From Takakia lepidozioides (lineage: Eukaryota; Plantae; Bryophyta), in the NCBI GenBank assembly GCA_030704615.1, contig CM060733.1:69936001-70000000 (forward strand): a stretch of DNA of 64,000 bases, read 5' to 3'. Shown here piece by piece: positions 13,831 through 27,182 of the stretch. The notes beneath the pieces were generated by a model, which was not told where the DNA came from, did not search any database, and was given only the letters and a program-made list of their open reading frames with translations. A program made the position numbers and the translations under genes. Numbering within the stretch: position 1 is the first letter of the stretch; each line of letters begins with the position of its first letter.

Positions 13831-15852
13831 GATGAAAGATAATCCAGAGTAAATTCAACACATGCATTGCACCACTGACGGATGAAATAAGTAGGAACTT
13901 CATCCAAAAGGTGGGATGGATGAGGGAGAAGTTGCATAATGCAGAAGTTGGATGAAGTAGGGATAAGAGGGATTTCATCTTAAGTAAGATTTGGCCTTTG
14001 GACAGATGAACGGTGGTAGGTGGGAGTTCATCCAAGGCAGCTTAGTGGATAAGAATACAGGCTGGAAGGGTCGGATGAATTTCGTGGGATGTCAACCAAC
14101 TTCAGGGATGATTTTTGCCCTAAATAAATGGACATGCAGGCAGAATTAAATATCAGTAGGTGGTATCCAGGCAAGGTGAGAGGGGGATAACACCCGCACT
14201 CTTGCCATATTATTAAAATTGGTAAAATGGTCACATGGCATGGGGTGGCTAGTTAATAGGTTGCCAGCTGAATTCATAGAGAGGGGTGACGGGAAGAGCA
14301 CTTAGGCTCGAAGAGCGATGGATCAAGCTCTCTTCTTGACTATGAGTTTTTGGTATGAGGATGAAGCGGAGAGTGAAGAGTGAGAGGCATCATGAGTAAA
14401 GAGAATGGAGCCCTGTTGATCGAGAAGTGCTGAACTTTGTTACTAGAATAGCATGTTGTGTGAGTGCAATCACTCTTAGATTAGCATCAGAACTTAGCAT
14501 TGCATGTGAAAGAGATAGTAGTTTGGCTGTGAAAGCTGGAAGAATTGGCATGAATGTAGTTTGAGTAGACCAAAGGAAAATGTCATGCAAAGCAACAAAG
14601 GGAAAGTTGGTCATCATGCAGGTTAGATGGGCATCACTTGGCAATATCAAAGGAGCAGAAGTACAGTCTGAGCTAGTGAGATGAGCCAGATAAACAAGGA
14701 TGGATCCGATTTTGTTAAGTGCCACTTTCGCCTATGATGGACAGTACTTCTTCTGAAATAGCTAGTGTGTGATAGTTAGAAGAGAGATTCACAGCATAGA
14801 TATCCTAGAGGGGAGAATGATACTTTCTCTTCCGCTGCAGTGCCATTCTCTCTAAAGGGATAGACAGAGCCATGTAAGGTTGAGTGGAACTTTAGAGTAG
14901 GCCCTTCTTTTGCACCACAATGGTGCCACCTGCATTCGACGAAGTGGAATTCGACCCTCGCATTTGCGAATCCCGGAGTTGGGAGATATTATGGTGGAAA
15001 TGGAGTTCAGTGGACCGACATGCATGGGGACGAGTTTCCGGGCAGTTCTTTGGGATTCTCTTTGGGTGAGACCCGGAAGATGACAACAGTGGAAACTTAT
15101 TGTGCGAGACAGACCTGGGAGACAAAGTGTGTGTCTCTTCATGATGAGATGTTGTTGTGGGGAGTCGTACTACCATGCTTACACCCCACCTCCATAGTAC
15201 CTCCTACCTGATCGGGCTGTTGAGTTGGTGACTCACTTTTCAGGGCCCGGGAATATATTGCTGACACTGAGGGAGAACCGGAACAGGTTTTTGTTGGACG
15301 CGCGCGAGTACCACGATGATATTGAGGATCTCCCACCTAGCATGGAATACTTGCATGTTTTCACGAACCTCACCAATATAGATGTCTTGTATCTTCATGT
15401 GCGCCATCTCCATCCAGATACCGGCAATGGTGACTGGACGAATACAGCGCCACTCCTCATTCTGGACCTGTTCTTTCAAGACTTTGTCGTCCGTGTAGTC
15501 AATCTGAATACAATGGAATAGGCATCGGAACGGGGAACCTCACGAACATTGTCGGGGGTGTTTGAATTCTACAGGCCGTGGTAGTGCTGTCCTCCATTTG
15601 TTATTTAGAAAGGACAGATTTCCGGACTTGTTCCCATCCAGAACAAATAGAAGATTTTGGTAAAGTATGGATTTCTCTTGTGAATCGTCATGTCCTGAGG
15701 TTATTGTAGTTGTCCTCGTGTTGTTGTCCTTGTCAGCCTGAAGTCTGCAAGTTTTTCAATCTTACATAATCGGAGTTCTCCGTCAACGTGTGATTTCTTA
15801 CCGTCTTACTATTTCGGCATATGTTTCACAATTTAGAAAGAAACATCTCGTA

Positions 15853-16663
15853 CGGAATGCTGCACCGCATATCCATTCAAGCATGTTGCATGTCTCCCTG
15901 GGACGGAAATGCGGTGCCGCATTTTTGTTCAACCATGTTCCTGGTGGTACAGAGGACCGAAATGCGGCACCGCATTTCCGTCTGCTGCAATCCAAAGTAA
16001 GAGCCCGGACGGAAACGCGACACCGCATTTATGTCTGCTGCAATCCAAAGTCAGAGCCCGGACGGAAATGCGGCACTGCATTTCCGTTCCTGCCTATCCA
16101 AGGTGTCCCAGTCGACGGAAATGCAGTTGCGCATTTCCGTTCCACCGTGTGCCTGCTGGTACAGTGGACGGAAGCGGTACCGCATTTCCATCTGCTGCAT
16201 TCCAAAGTAAGAGCCCGGACGGAAATGCGGCACCGTATTTCCGTTCCTGCCTATCCAAGGTGTCCCAGTCGACGGAAATGCGGTGCCGCATTTCTGTTCC
16301 ACCATGGCTTACGTGTCCCATTTGACCGAAATGCGGTACCGCATTTCCGTTCCACCATGTGCCTGCTGTACACTGGACGGAAATGCGGTACTGCATTTCC
16401 GTTCCATCATGTGCCAGGTGGTACAGTGGACGGAATGCGGCACCGCATTCCCGTCGGCTCTCTTTCAAAGGAATAGCGCGGACGAAATTCGGATACCGCA
16501 TTTCCGTTCCAGCTCTACTTTGGTTTCCCAGTTGACGGAAATGCGGTGCCGCATATCCGTTTACACTCAGAGAGGAGACGATGTCAAACCGGAATGCGGC
16601 ACCGCATTTCCGTTCCGGGATGTGCACTGGGATACTTTGTCTCCGATACAACGGAAATGCGGC
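15853..16663. repeat. Array of about 15 palindromic repeats (consensus CGGAAATGCGGYACCGCATTTCCG) with ~29-bp variable spacers, period ~53 bp
   Basis: Units start near 15853, 15904, 15958, 16010, 16063, 16116, 16169, 16220, 16273, 16327, 16378, 16431, 16483, 16536 and 16590, with a half unit at 16652. Confidence 0.95.
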
Positions 16664-18162
16664 CTGTCTTTATGAGCACAACTTTGTTGTCTAACCATTT
16701 TAACCAACATTCTTGGCACTTGTCAGTGCGAACATTCATGTCTACACCGAGAATATGCCAGGATCCACCCTTAGCAAAAACTGTCAGGAGATGTTATTGG
16801 TTCACCGAATTGGCCATCATTGTCATACATACTCGATATGGAATCAGAGCTCCCACCTTCATGCATGTATCTTGAAATATTCTGCTCGACTTCAATGTGC
16901 GACTTCCAATCGTTGATGGCCTTAGCAGTTCCAAGTACGAGGTGCCACTAAGCCTTGGTTTGTCGCTATAGAGAACCTTGCACTTGCCAACTTCGTGCGC
17001 TGTTGGATGGCTCCCAATTCCTACGCTATAGTTTGCCGTCCTCCGCAACTTGGGAGAGCCTGGATCCCAAACGAGGGAGGACTTTGCAGAGTGACTGAGA
17101 CTTACCTTTGTTCCAAATTCAAGCTCAAACCGGGCATAGTTTATTTGGAAGAAGAAATGAAGGATGTTCCTGGACAGGTTGATGAGACCATTGTCGTGCT
17201 AGGTGCCGACGTTAGCAAGTGTTGTATGAACAAAAGGGATGAGAGAATACCCGGTCAATGGCTTCCCTCTCCTCAGGTGTGATATTGACTGATTGTGGCA
17301 TTGCTCCTACAAGCTACCCTTATGTCCCTGCACTTTACGCAATCCACTCAGAAGTAATGCACAACGTCCCCCTTCCATGAAGAGGTGTCAAAAGCCTCCA
17401 TAAATTGAAGGCCTTGAATGACTCTCACTAATCAATAGGCTAAACTCACAACAAACTGGACCATAGCATGTATTCAATCAGCACATCCTCCATCACGCGT
17501 CAAAAGAACATTAGCTACCATAACAAACAGCTGAATTCTAGTTCCAAAGATTTAACAGTTGTGTAATTCCAATAACTCTAACCCGTGAAATTTGTATTTC
17601 ATTGAAGCGGTCAATATCCTTCAAAACCTGCCACAATAACACACTTACTTGACCAGATGATGACAATGGCGGTGCAGCTGATGCCATTGTCTGCCAGAAA
17701 GAGATACCAAGTTCAACGTTATCCAGACACTCAAGATAACAACCATTGCAGCTAACCATATCACATACGAGTAGTTTGACATGAAAACAGAACTCGAGAA
17801 TGATAGGCACATCAAAAATCCATGGCCTGCCTTAAGTTGACACATGAATAAGACAACCTTCCAGTAGCTATGATCAATTGGAAGACCAGACAACCTTGAA
17901 GGGCTACAGCAGTTCATCGATCCACTGGCAACCAGCTCATTACAATTGACAAGTAGACTTTCAAACTTTCTTCTCATTTAAGGGTTTCAACTCCTGCCTT
18001 TATCTCCAACACAATATCACTTTGAACGCATGAGCAGTGTCTTCATCTCGTAAGTGTCTGTAAAATAAGACCACAGTCTATTGTATGTCGGACTCAGTCT
18101 GTTGAACAATGTAAATTCAATCACTACTGTAGAATGCGTCTTCAATAATGCATAAGCCTCAC

Positions 18163-18324
18163 CTTGGTCAACATCACCACAAGAAATCCGTTTTCAGAGA
18201 CCTTGTTGTCCTGCATGGTTGTTTCATCTTTAAGAACTTTTCCTTGATGAATCAGCAGCTACTGCGCGCATGGAAATGACTCCTTCCCCTGTGTGTTTTC
18301 TATCTGCCTCTTTACGGAAATAAC
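18163..18324 (-). pseudogene. RAD23: RAD23 UBL-domain exon with premature stop
   Basis: AG/GT-bounded 54-codon exon [53 protein letters not shown], with TAG at 18259-18261. Confidence 0.9.
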
Positions 18325-19023
18325 CTGAAACAAGCAACTCACGATCATATTAATTCTCCTCTATGTGCCAATGATGAACATTCTGAAAAACCCTAGGTAC
18401 GCCCTGTCAAATGCTGACTAAGGTGCATCAGCATAGCTTGTAAGAGTCATGACCTAATTCTTGCTTAAAGTCAGGTTTGAACCACTGTAATAGAAGATCG
18501 GGAAGACTTTCACTTCCTCATTTTGCTCACCAGAGTATCCCTGTGGGTGATAGCGACCAAGAGATTTGACACAATACTTTAGATGATTTTTTATGTTGGG
18601 ACTGCTCCAAATGAAGATTCTTAGACACTGCTACAACTAGTAACCTTCGATACAAAACTTTTGAAGAATAGTTATTGGCAATCAATGGTCATGTTTTTGC
18701 TTTTACAAGAGCTACCCTGCATATTTCAAAGACATCATCCAACATTCATGCACTGGCTCAAAACTTTACTGCCACATGGTCGCATCCAACCTCATCAGGT
18801 CACTATTCAACCTGACATCTCTCAACATATCACACCATGTCATACTTAAAGAGGTCCCGAAAAAGTTTGCCGACCATGAAACGGAAAGACAAATGCTAGA
18901 ATTGAAAAAGATTGTCAATGGTCCAAACATGAAAGCAACTCACATAACCTAAAATTTGTGTTCGCAAACAGTGTCGATGCTGAGTCAACCTCTCCATGAC
19001 ACTGCACAACATCCTTAACCCTA

Positions 19024-19385
19024 ATGCCTCCGTCCGGTCTCCTTGCAGATTTTGTCCTCCCTGCTCACTTCATTGCTCTGCCCAATGGCATCAGAATCCT
19101 GGGAGTCCCTTTTGACACTACCCAGTTCACAACGTCCTTTTTGGAAGATGCACTCCACCAGGATGCCACCCACGCCGATCTCCTTCCTAGGCTCGGAGAT
19201 GTACATGTAGCATATGGAATCTTGACCAAATGTTTCCTTCAGCGTCCCTCATATCTCTTGCGCACTGTTCCATCCAACCCAGATTTCCTACACCTCTTAT
19301 ATGGGTTTGATACTACCATGATGACTATCTTCGGGAGATTGCTAGGACCAAGAGCTCTGGAGGGTGCTCAGGGACTTTTGCGCGA
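19024..19385 (+). mobile_element. Non-LTR retrotransposon RT C-terminal fragment (CRE-like)
   Basis: GIRILGVPF...AYGILTKCFLQRPSYLLRTVP resembles the end of the RT/thumb region of early-branching LINEs. Confidence 0.7.
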
Positions 19386-21279
19386 CTACAGCGATCGCCC
19401 CATGCTTGACCGATCCATTTTCTTCTTTTCGGTATGCTTCACATCTCTAATTGTAGCTTATAGCAACATTAAAAAAAAACACTCCAAAATTGAGAGCTCA
19501 AGGGGAGAACTCTTTTGAGGGATTGAGTTCTCTTGGGCTCACTTTGTACTCAGCTGCGTGGTTCTAAATATGAATGTCAACATCTTTGAATTTATCTTTT
19601 ATTTCAATTTGTTTGATCAAAATTGTCTAAGTAAATCATATAGATTTATTATCAATTCAAATTTAATCAACAATCTGCGCGTAAAGCTATTACAATAATA
19701 TTCCAGAAGTGCGAAGTGCACACCAATATAATGCTAGCCAAGTGCCACACGAAATTAACATGTCTTCCGTTGTCCCACAACTACAATATCAATTTAGCAT
19801 AGATACCATGGGCATGTGGGGAATGATGTTGTCGTGTGAATATGCAAACCCAGATTGCACCAATGTGCCAATAGGAAATCGTGCGTGGTGGACACAATCA
19901 CAATATACACGCCAATCGCATTATTTTGGTGTAATATTTGTTAAAATCATGATGATATCATGATCGTGTGGTTATAATGTTTAACAAGATGACACGAATA
20001 TAGTTTGGATGTAGTAAGAACCCATGAAACTCCGGAAAAAATGTCGTATTTGTTGAGTATTCGTGGCCTGGCAAATTTGAGATGTTCCAAAGGCCGGAAA
20101 ATTATAAGATATTTGATATTCTCAGTATTTGATGTCATTCACAGATAGCCTCCACTTGAGAAATGGAGAAAGAGACAGAGGTCTACTTAGCCTTCTTGTA
20201 CTTGCAAATGAGCTTCTATCTATGGGCATTGTGAATGTTGGGGCCAATGTAACCAAGACGACATTTGCAGTTTATGAGACACAACGCATTCTACTTATAA
20301 CCAGGCTGGGTGGACGAAACAACCAATGATGAACTATCATAGAAGAACATCATCCCTCCACCCCTGTATATTTGGCCAGGAAACACTTGGGCAAGAAAGT
20401 GATTGAGCATGGTGAAACATTGTGTAATGATTTGCCTAGCCTTGTTGGCTGCCCACATCGAAGGCAGGAAGCGCTTCAAATCCCCCACCAACAACACCAG
20501 CACAGGTTGTAGAGGCTATGGAATCACGAGGGAGAAGGTAGCCAATCCTGGATCTTCCTCCTTTACCCAAACTACTGCCCAGAACTGTGCCAATAATGCT
20601 GTGTGTCTCCTCCAACATTGTATCCTTGGAATTCCTCCGGAGACATATCTGCAGGTGGCGGTAGGGGCTGAGCAGATGGAGCATCCCCAACTGCACCTGT
20701 AGTCTGGGGAATGTCTGCGGGCAATTCGCATTGCAGAGGCCTCATCCGGGCCTACAGTATTCTGAAGTTCTTCCACAACGGTGGAGAAGTCCTGCTGCGA
20801 ATGTTCAGCAGCAGCACCCTCCTCCGCTGACAGATCGATGACATCGGTCGGTCTCGTTGCCTTGGCTGTAGCAGAGACGTCGCCAACATCACCTGTCTAG
20901 AAATCAAGCAGAAACTGGGTTTCAGCTCGTGGAACCGGTTTTGCGGGAGACTGCTCCGCCCTCCCTCTGATTGCCTTCTGCTTCTTAATCTTTGCAGGTG
21001 AAGGTGTCTGCTGCATTTGAATTTGCACTGCCTCCTTCTGCTTCATTCTCTTGGGGGGGGGGGGGGAGGGAGGGAAACGGCCTGGTCGGGTTCGGATATG
21101 TGTTCAGCACGGGCTGCTTCTTCTTGGTCTTTGTGGAGAAGGGTCGGCCCCCTGCTGGCAATTCTCCATGAGCTTCAAACGTGAGTCTTTCTCTGGTGCT
21201 TTGAGCTTCAAAGCCTTGCCTTTCCAAACCGCGTCCTTGAAACGCACAAGGCTAGGCCCGGCAAGAAGACCCGTGCTCG

Positions 21280-22008
21280 TGATGTACTCCATGCAATAGA
21301 ACATAGCTTCTTGCAACGTATACCCCGAGCCGCCATGCTACCCTCGGTGTGTGTCATTTGTCTTACAAATGCTTTCAAAGTCTTTATATAACGCTCAAGG
21401 AAGTACATCCACCGAGAATGAACGGGGCCGGCAATGAAAGCCTCTTCCACTAAGTACACTACCAAGTGCACCTGGATGTCAAAGAAGGAGGAATGAAGGT
21501 GCATCTCCAACATACACATTACCTCCGCCGCCTCGTTCTTCATGCGTGGAAAATCTGTTTCCTCCAACTCTTTGGAGCAAATCCACCGGAACAAGCCTCC
21601 CAATATATAGATTGTCTCGCAAACCTCGGGAGTCAATGTTCCACGTACTACAATGGATAAGATGTCTTGCAAAATATTGTGGTAGTTATGAGACTTCAAA
21701 CCATGGACCCTGTCTTCATTGAACTTCATACGGAGGGATGACCCATAACCAGTTGGTGTTCGGACAACACTTATGGTGGCTATCGCTTTCTTTGGACTCA
21801 TTTGTCCATTGCCAAAGTGCGCGCCTATACTTCCACCGTACAACACCCTTTGGGTCCACACTATTTTATGAGGCCCATAGATGGGGCATGCGACCCTGCT
21901 CCTCAAGCTCCTTTCTAACATTGAGAAGATCTCCTTTTGCAGCCATTCCCTTATTTGCCGGCGTGCCATGAAGAACCCAAAAAATGGATGAGCAAACATT
22001 CTTCTCAA
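21280..22008 (-). mobile_element. CACTA (En/Spm) TnpD transposase fragment, DUF4218 region
   Basis: GLKSHNYHNILQ...FFDIQVHLVVYLVEEAFIAGPVHSRWMYFLERYIKTLKAFVRQ...EGSMA. Confidence 0.92.
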
Positions 22009-22203
22009 TATGCATGGGATCTTCAGATCCTACATATATCCCCACCCACAAATACTTACACAAATATCGCGGGCGTAAAAGTGACAATGTAACTCATACA
22101 AAATGTGCAATATCACATGCATGCATAATGATAGTGATGGTCCCTATGACCATGTCTCCCCCTAGGCCACATTAATCTCGTACCGGAGTCGAGATCCACG
22201 TAC

Positions 22204-23600
22204 ATGCCTCTTTCTTGTCACAATCTCCGCACAAGATTGCTAGAAGATGCCATGACCGAGCTTACCCAAAAGGTCAACGATATGATGGACGAGTGCATCA
22301 GAAAATATGGAAGCACTATATGTGCCGATGGTTGGAGTTCTGTTACAAACATACAATTGTTCAATGTCATGCTCGTATGTCCCCTGGGGAACAATTTTTG
22401 GGATCGGTGGACACTAGCGGCGAGAAGAAAGATGGACGTTATCAATGCCAGCTATTGACGAATTTCATCGAACAGGTCGGAAGTGATAGAATCGTGCAAA
22501 TATGCACAGACAATGCCGCTAACATGAGAAACACTGCAGATATGTTATTGGCACGTTATCCCCATATATACTATCAAGGCTGTACTACTCATATCCTTGA
22601 CCTCTTTTTGGAAGATTGGGGAAAAGAACAGTGGGTGAAACAACTTGTCAAACGAGCGAAGAACGTTGTGTCGTTCATCCGCACACACCATATCCCTTTG
22701 GCAATATATAGGAGGCATGAATCCAAATATAGCCTCCAAAATCCAGGCGAAACTCGTTTTGCCACTAACTTCTTGATGGTGGATCGGTTGGTGACAGTGA
22801 AGAGTAGTCCCGAGCACACCATCATCGATCTTCAATGGGAGGCGTAGACATGGACGTTGTGGGACTCGAGAAAAAACAAGTGATTGGGAAAAAGTCGAAA
22901 GGTTCGGAACACCATTCGCAACGATGATTTCTGAAAGAAATGTGAAAACTTTGTTTATATAGTAAAGCCGGTGCTAATTGTCTTGCGGGAGTTTGATGAA
23001 AAGCAACCAGTAGTGGACAATGCATGGTTACTAATGCAAAATCTTAAGAAGCATGTCCAATCCCTAAGGCATCATCCGTTCTCTTTGTAACCTGAACTTG
23101 CGGACAGTGCTGAGGATGCATTTTACGACCGTCGGTCGATGGTTCGAACGGACTTGCATTATGCGGTGGCTTTGCTCAATTCATTCTTGCTCGACAATAT
23201 CATGCTCCAAGACAACGCTGATGCCAAGGCCGGCCTCGTGCGAGTGCTCATGCGACTGGCTCCTTTGAGAGATATAGAGAGCTATATCCGAGTACCAATG
23301 TTTCTCTGATCGCTGCGACCCTTTCGAGGACATGCCGGATCCGAAAGAGCTCAATATGTTGCCACATGAATGGTGGGATTTGATTGGAGCTGGAGCAAGA
23401 AGAAGCAAGAACATTGGCTCTCATTGCGAAGCGTATTCTTGCCCAAGTGTGCTCTGCCTCATCTTGCGAACGCAATTGGAGTAGTTATTCATTTGTTCAC
23501 AACAATATTCGCGACAGGTTGAATCCCACGAGGGCTGACAAATTGGTGTATGTGTATACCAATTGCCGACTGCTACGTGAGAGGGCAGCGGATGATGCAG
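22204..23600 (+). mobile_element. hAT transposase pseudogene (DUF659 plus C-terminal dimerisation domain)
   Basis: CADGWSS, VQICTDNAANM, GCTTHILDLFLEDWGK, ETRFAT, EWWD, SASSCERNWS...DKLVYVYTN. Several stops and frameshifts. Confidence 0.93.
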
Positions 23601-24880
23601 CAGCATCGTATGAGAGGAATTTGCATTCCGAAGACTCTGCTTCTGAGGCAAATTCGATGAGTGACGATACTGAGTCTCAGAGGGAATCATCTCAGAGGGA
23701 GTCATCTGCCTCCGATAGTGGAGATGGGTCTGATGATGCTCCCGACAATGCGTATGACCCGTTTACATTCATAGATGACGATGCCTATATCCAACCGACC
23801 TTTGATGACCTTCTTAACGAAGTACGTATCGCAGATAAGTGTCATGTTGCAATTGTGTCCTTCCCATAACATGGTCACATAATGAAGTTGGGGTCAACTC
23901 TTGCCCCCCACTACACGCTAAAGCCACCGGCAATGCCCCAATGGAACTCAGGGGTGATGAACTACCAGGACCGAGCGACGTACGCAACCCTGTTCATACA
24001 AACGATGGTGCCGAACCCATTGTACAGCCGACGGGACAGGAACATGCCTCACCAATATGACCAGCTCCACCACAATGCGAAAACCGATCTAGCTCCCTAT
24101 CAACACAGCGGGCAATAAGGAGCAACAGGGTTGATCTGTTTTCCACACGCACGCATCATTCTGCTGCATTGGAACGGGCGGAAGTTGAAGCCTCGGATGA
24201 GGACAACCTGTCACTACAATTCCACCTTAACTGAAATGTTGCACAGCAGACCCGTGGTTCCTTACATGCCGGACCATCTAATGCCGATGGAGCACACCCC
24301 CCTCCGATACCTCCTTCGAGACCACCTTCGAATGCGTCCCAACTCCATAAACGACAGAAAACAGTCCAGTCTTTTGTAGGCGATCAGCCCACAAACAGGC
24401 CAAATACCGTGGATGGTATTCAAGACCGGAGTGGGGGTCGACCTCAGAGAGAACTAAATGTGGTTCGAGGTCGCTTGCAGATTCAAAGGACATGGGAGGT
24501 CGGATAGGGAGGACGATTCTAGCACTGATCATGGCAATGGTGGTTCAGCCCATCGGAGCATCAAAATTAGGATCTTCTGCGTCCCGCCGTCGAAGCAATA
24601 GAAGGAATTGAAGCAAAACAGCTCTAGGCATGCAGCAGCACATTTTAGTGCACATGTTTATATTTCTGTAGTGAAGTAATATCAATGTAATCCTTGTCAC
24701 TATGAGTACTTGTATTGTTGTTGTGTATGTGTTGGGAAATAAAAGATGTTGCCTATGTGTATACCACCCAAAATGTCGGCCAAAACATCGTCATTTGCTC
24801 ATGTTTGTGTTCGGTGATTTGCTTGTGTAATGAAAAACAATTGTGTCAATGCTTCCAACTCTGCATTATTTTTTATTTTA

Positions 24881-25547
24881 ATGCAGCGACCGGCATTACT
24901 GGCGGTTGTTTTTGGTATTTTTTTGGTAAATGCAGCGACCGCCAGTACTGGCGGTCGCTTATAATTTATTTTTTGTAAATGGAGCGATCGCCATTACTGG
25001 CGGTCGCTTTTACTTTTTTTTTTCGGAAAATGGAGCGACCGCCATTATTGGCGGTCGCTTATTTTTTTAATTTTGGAAAATGGATCGACCGCCATTTGTG
25101 GCGGTCGTTTTTTTTTTTAATTATTTAAATGGAGAGACCGCCAAGGTGGCGGTCACTTCTATAAGGTGTGCCCTGCGCGGCCGCCATTACTGGCGGTCAT
25201 GTTTTTTTTTTTTTTGGAAAATGGAGCGACCGCCATTACTGGCAGTCGCTTTTATTTTTATTTTTTTCGAAATGGAGTGACCGCCATTACTGGCGGTCGT
25301 TTTTTTTTTTTTTTTTGGAAAATGGAGCGACCGCCATTACTGGCGATCGTTTTTTTTTTTTTGGAAAATGGAGCGACTGCCATTGTTGGCAGTCGTTTTT
25401 TTTGGGAAATGGAGCGATCGCCATTATTGGCAGTCGCTTATTTTTTTTATTTTGGAAAATGGAGCGATCGCCATTTGTGGCGGTCGTTTTAAATTTATTT
25501 TTTGGAGTGATTGCCAAGGTGACGGTCGGTTCTAGAAGGTGTGCCCT
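24881..25547. repeat. Array of about 14 palindromic GCGACCGCCA-NNNN-TGGCGGTCGC units separated by T/A tracts, period ~45-50 bp
   Basis: A perfect palindrome AGCGACCGCCAGTACTGGCGGTCGCT lies near 24934-24959. There is a higher-order duplication (25092-25174 vs 25471-25547) and degenerate copies at 34890-35080. Confidence 0.95.
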
Positions 25548-27112
25548 TCGCGTGGGCCAAGGAATGAGGGGGGGGGGGCATATAAGCCAAGGGAGGCTCA
25601 TTCTCCCCTCACTTCCTCTCCACACAACTTCTGTGTGCGTGGCATGTAATTATTCCACGACACGTAGTCACGTGGAGAAGGAGGTCATTGGCTGGGTGGG
25701 GGGTATTTTTTGCCGCGATTTCTGTGAAGTCGTTGGAGAATTCTCTCATAGACCCTCCTCTGGCTTCCAGGATCATTTCATTCTACAAAATTAGTTTTTA
25801 GGAACTTTTTTGACACTTATTCAAATTCGTTTCCGGTTAAGGGTTTAGGATTACGTCTTAGTAAACCTCGTTTAGTGTTGCTCCGATTGTTGTAGAATGG
25901 TAGAGGGCCAGGACGATGAGCGTCATGGAAGAGATGACCCCAATAAACATGGACCGCCCTCTATAAAAATCAAAGGGTCAAGGCAAGACTTGAATTGGAA
26001 AGCATATGATGACCCTAGCATACTAGCAAAAGAGGGCTGGGAGGATTTTCCGGAAGAGTTCAGGTGGCCGATGGCGAGATACCACATCAATCGATTGTGG
26101 CCTATATAGATAGGCATGACGTGCAAACCCAAAACAATTACGCAGAGTCCAGGTCTTGCACAAACTTGCATTTCCAGCATAGGGCGAATGAGGTACATTG
26201 CACATTGTGGGGTCAACCTCTCTTAAAGGGCCAAATCCCGTATACCTTGGCAGTCATGTTGTACGTGGAGGTCATACTGTTGTGTCCAGTGAATTGACAA
26301 ACTGTTAGTAGGAGGAACGCAACGATGCAATACGATTTGGAGTACATCCCGTACACGTTTGGAACACATCCGGCTGCAACGTTAGAGGAACAACTGGCGG
26401 AAAGAGACCAGCAAATCAAGACCTTGGAGGACTGACTGGAATGACAAAGACTGCGCATAGCTGAGTTGGAGGCTAGATTTCAAGACATGCCTCCAAACAA
26501 TGAAGGCATTGTTGTCCACAATGAGGTTGGAACGAACGTCGTGGACATGGACGCGGAGTTTGCAATGCCCGATCGTAGTATTGACCGCATCATTCACGAA
26601 ATTACGGACGTCCTTGACCCTGCGGCCGATGAAACCATGGTTGAGGAACAGTGAATTGCGGATGAGAGAAGAAGAAAAGAAAATGAACTAGTAATGGAAA
26701 CCGAGGAATATTCAAGGGTCGTCATTCAATCCGATATCAATCTGATATCTGATGTCGATCGCGTTACAAGGGAGCTGGACATTGTCATGGCACTTGTCAA
26801 AAGCACTGTCAGCCTTGCAACGTGTCGCATGTATGTCAAACCGCAACGTGGATAGCATTTATGACAACATGCAAAGGTATAATGATCTCCGCAACGCATC
26901 AAGCATGTTCGCCGGGTATATCTCTGGGCAGATGTGGATTCTATGTTCGATCAATGTGAGCACATAATTTCGGGATCGAACAGAAGCATAAACTGGGAAT
27001 TGGAGATAGAGGAGGAGTGAGACACCACAAGAAGGATGAGCAGCCATATCAACGCGACCGAGAGGGAAGAGATACCACGAGACGTTTTGTCGTCATGGAT
27101 ATCAGATGACAC

Positions 27113-27182
27113 AGTTTGTTCAATGTGCAGGAATCCATACGGCCCAGAGGGATGTCATGTGCTTGGATCATGTGGACATAAA
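27113..27182 (+). other. Truncated RING-finger-like coding fragment
   Basis: CSMCRNPYGPEGCHVLGSCGH matches the first half of a RING motif, then the sequence breaks into AT-rich DNA. Confidence 0.45.

Noticed and set aside
14850-15520. Short ORFs upstream of the palindrome array
   Set aside because: Coding-like but no family recognised.
15853-16663. True CRISPR array
   Set aside because: Eukaryotic context, no cas genes, degenerate repeats and internally duplicated spacers. The overlapping ORFs are repeat artefacts.
25080-25794. Phe-rich ORFs
   Set aside because: Translations of the T-tract palindrome array.
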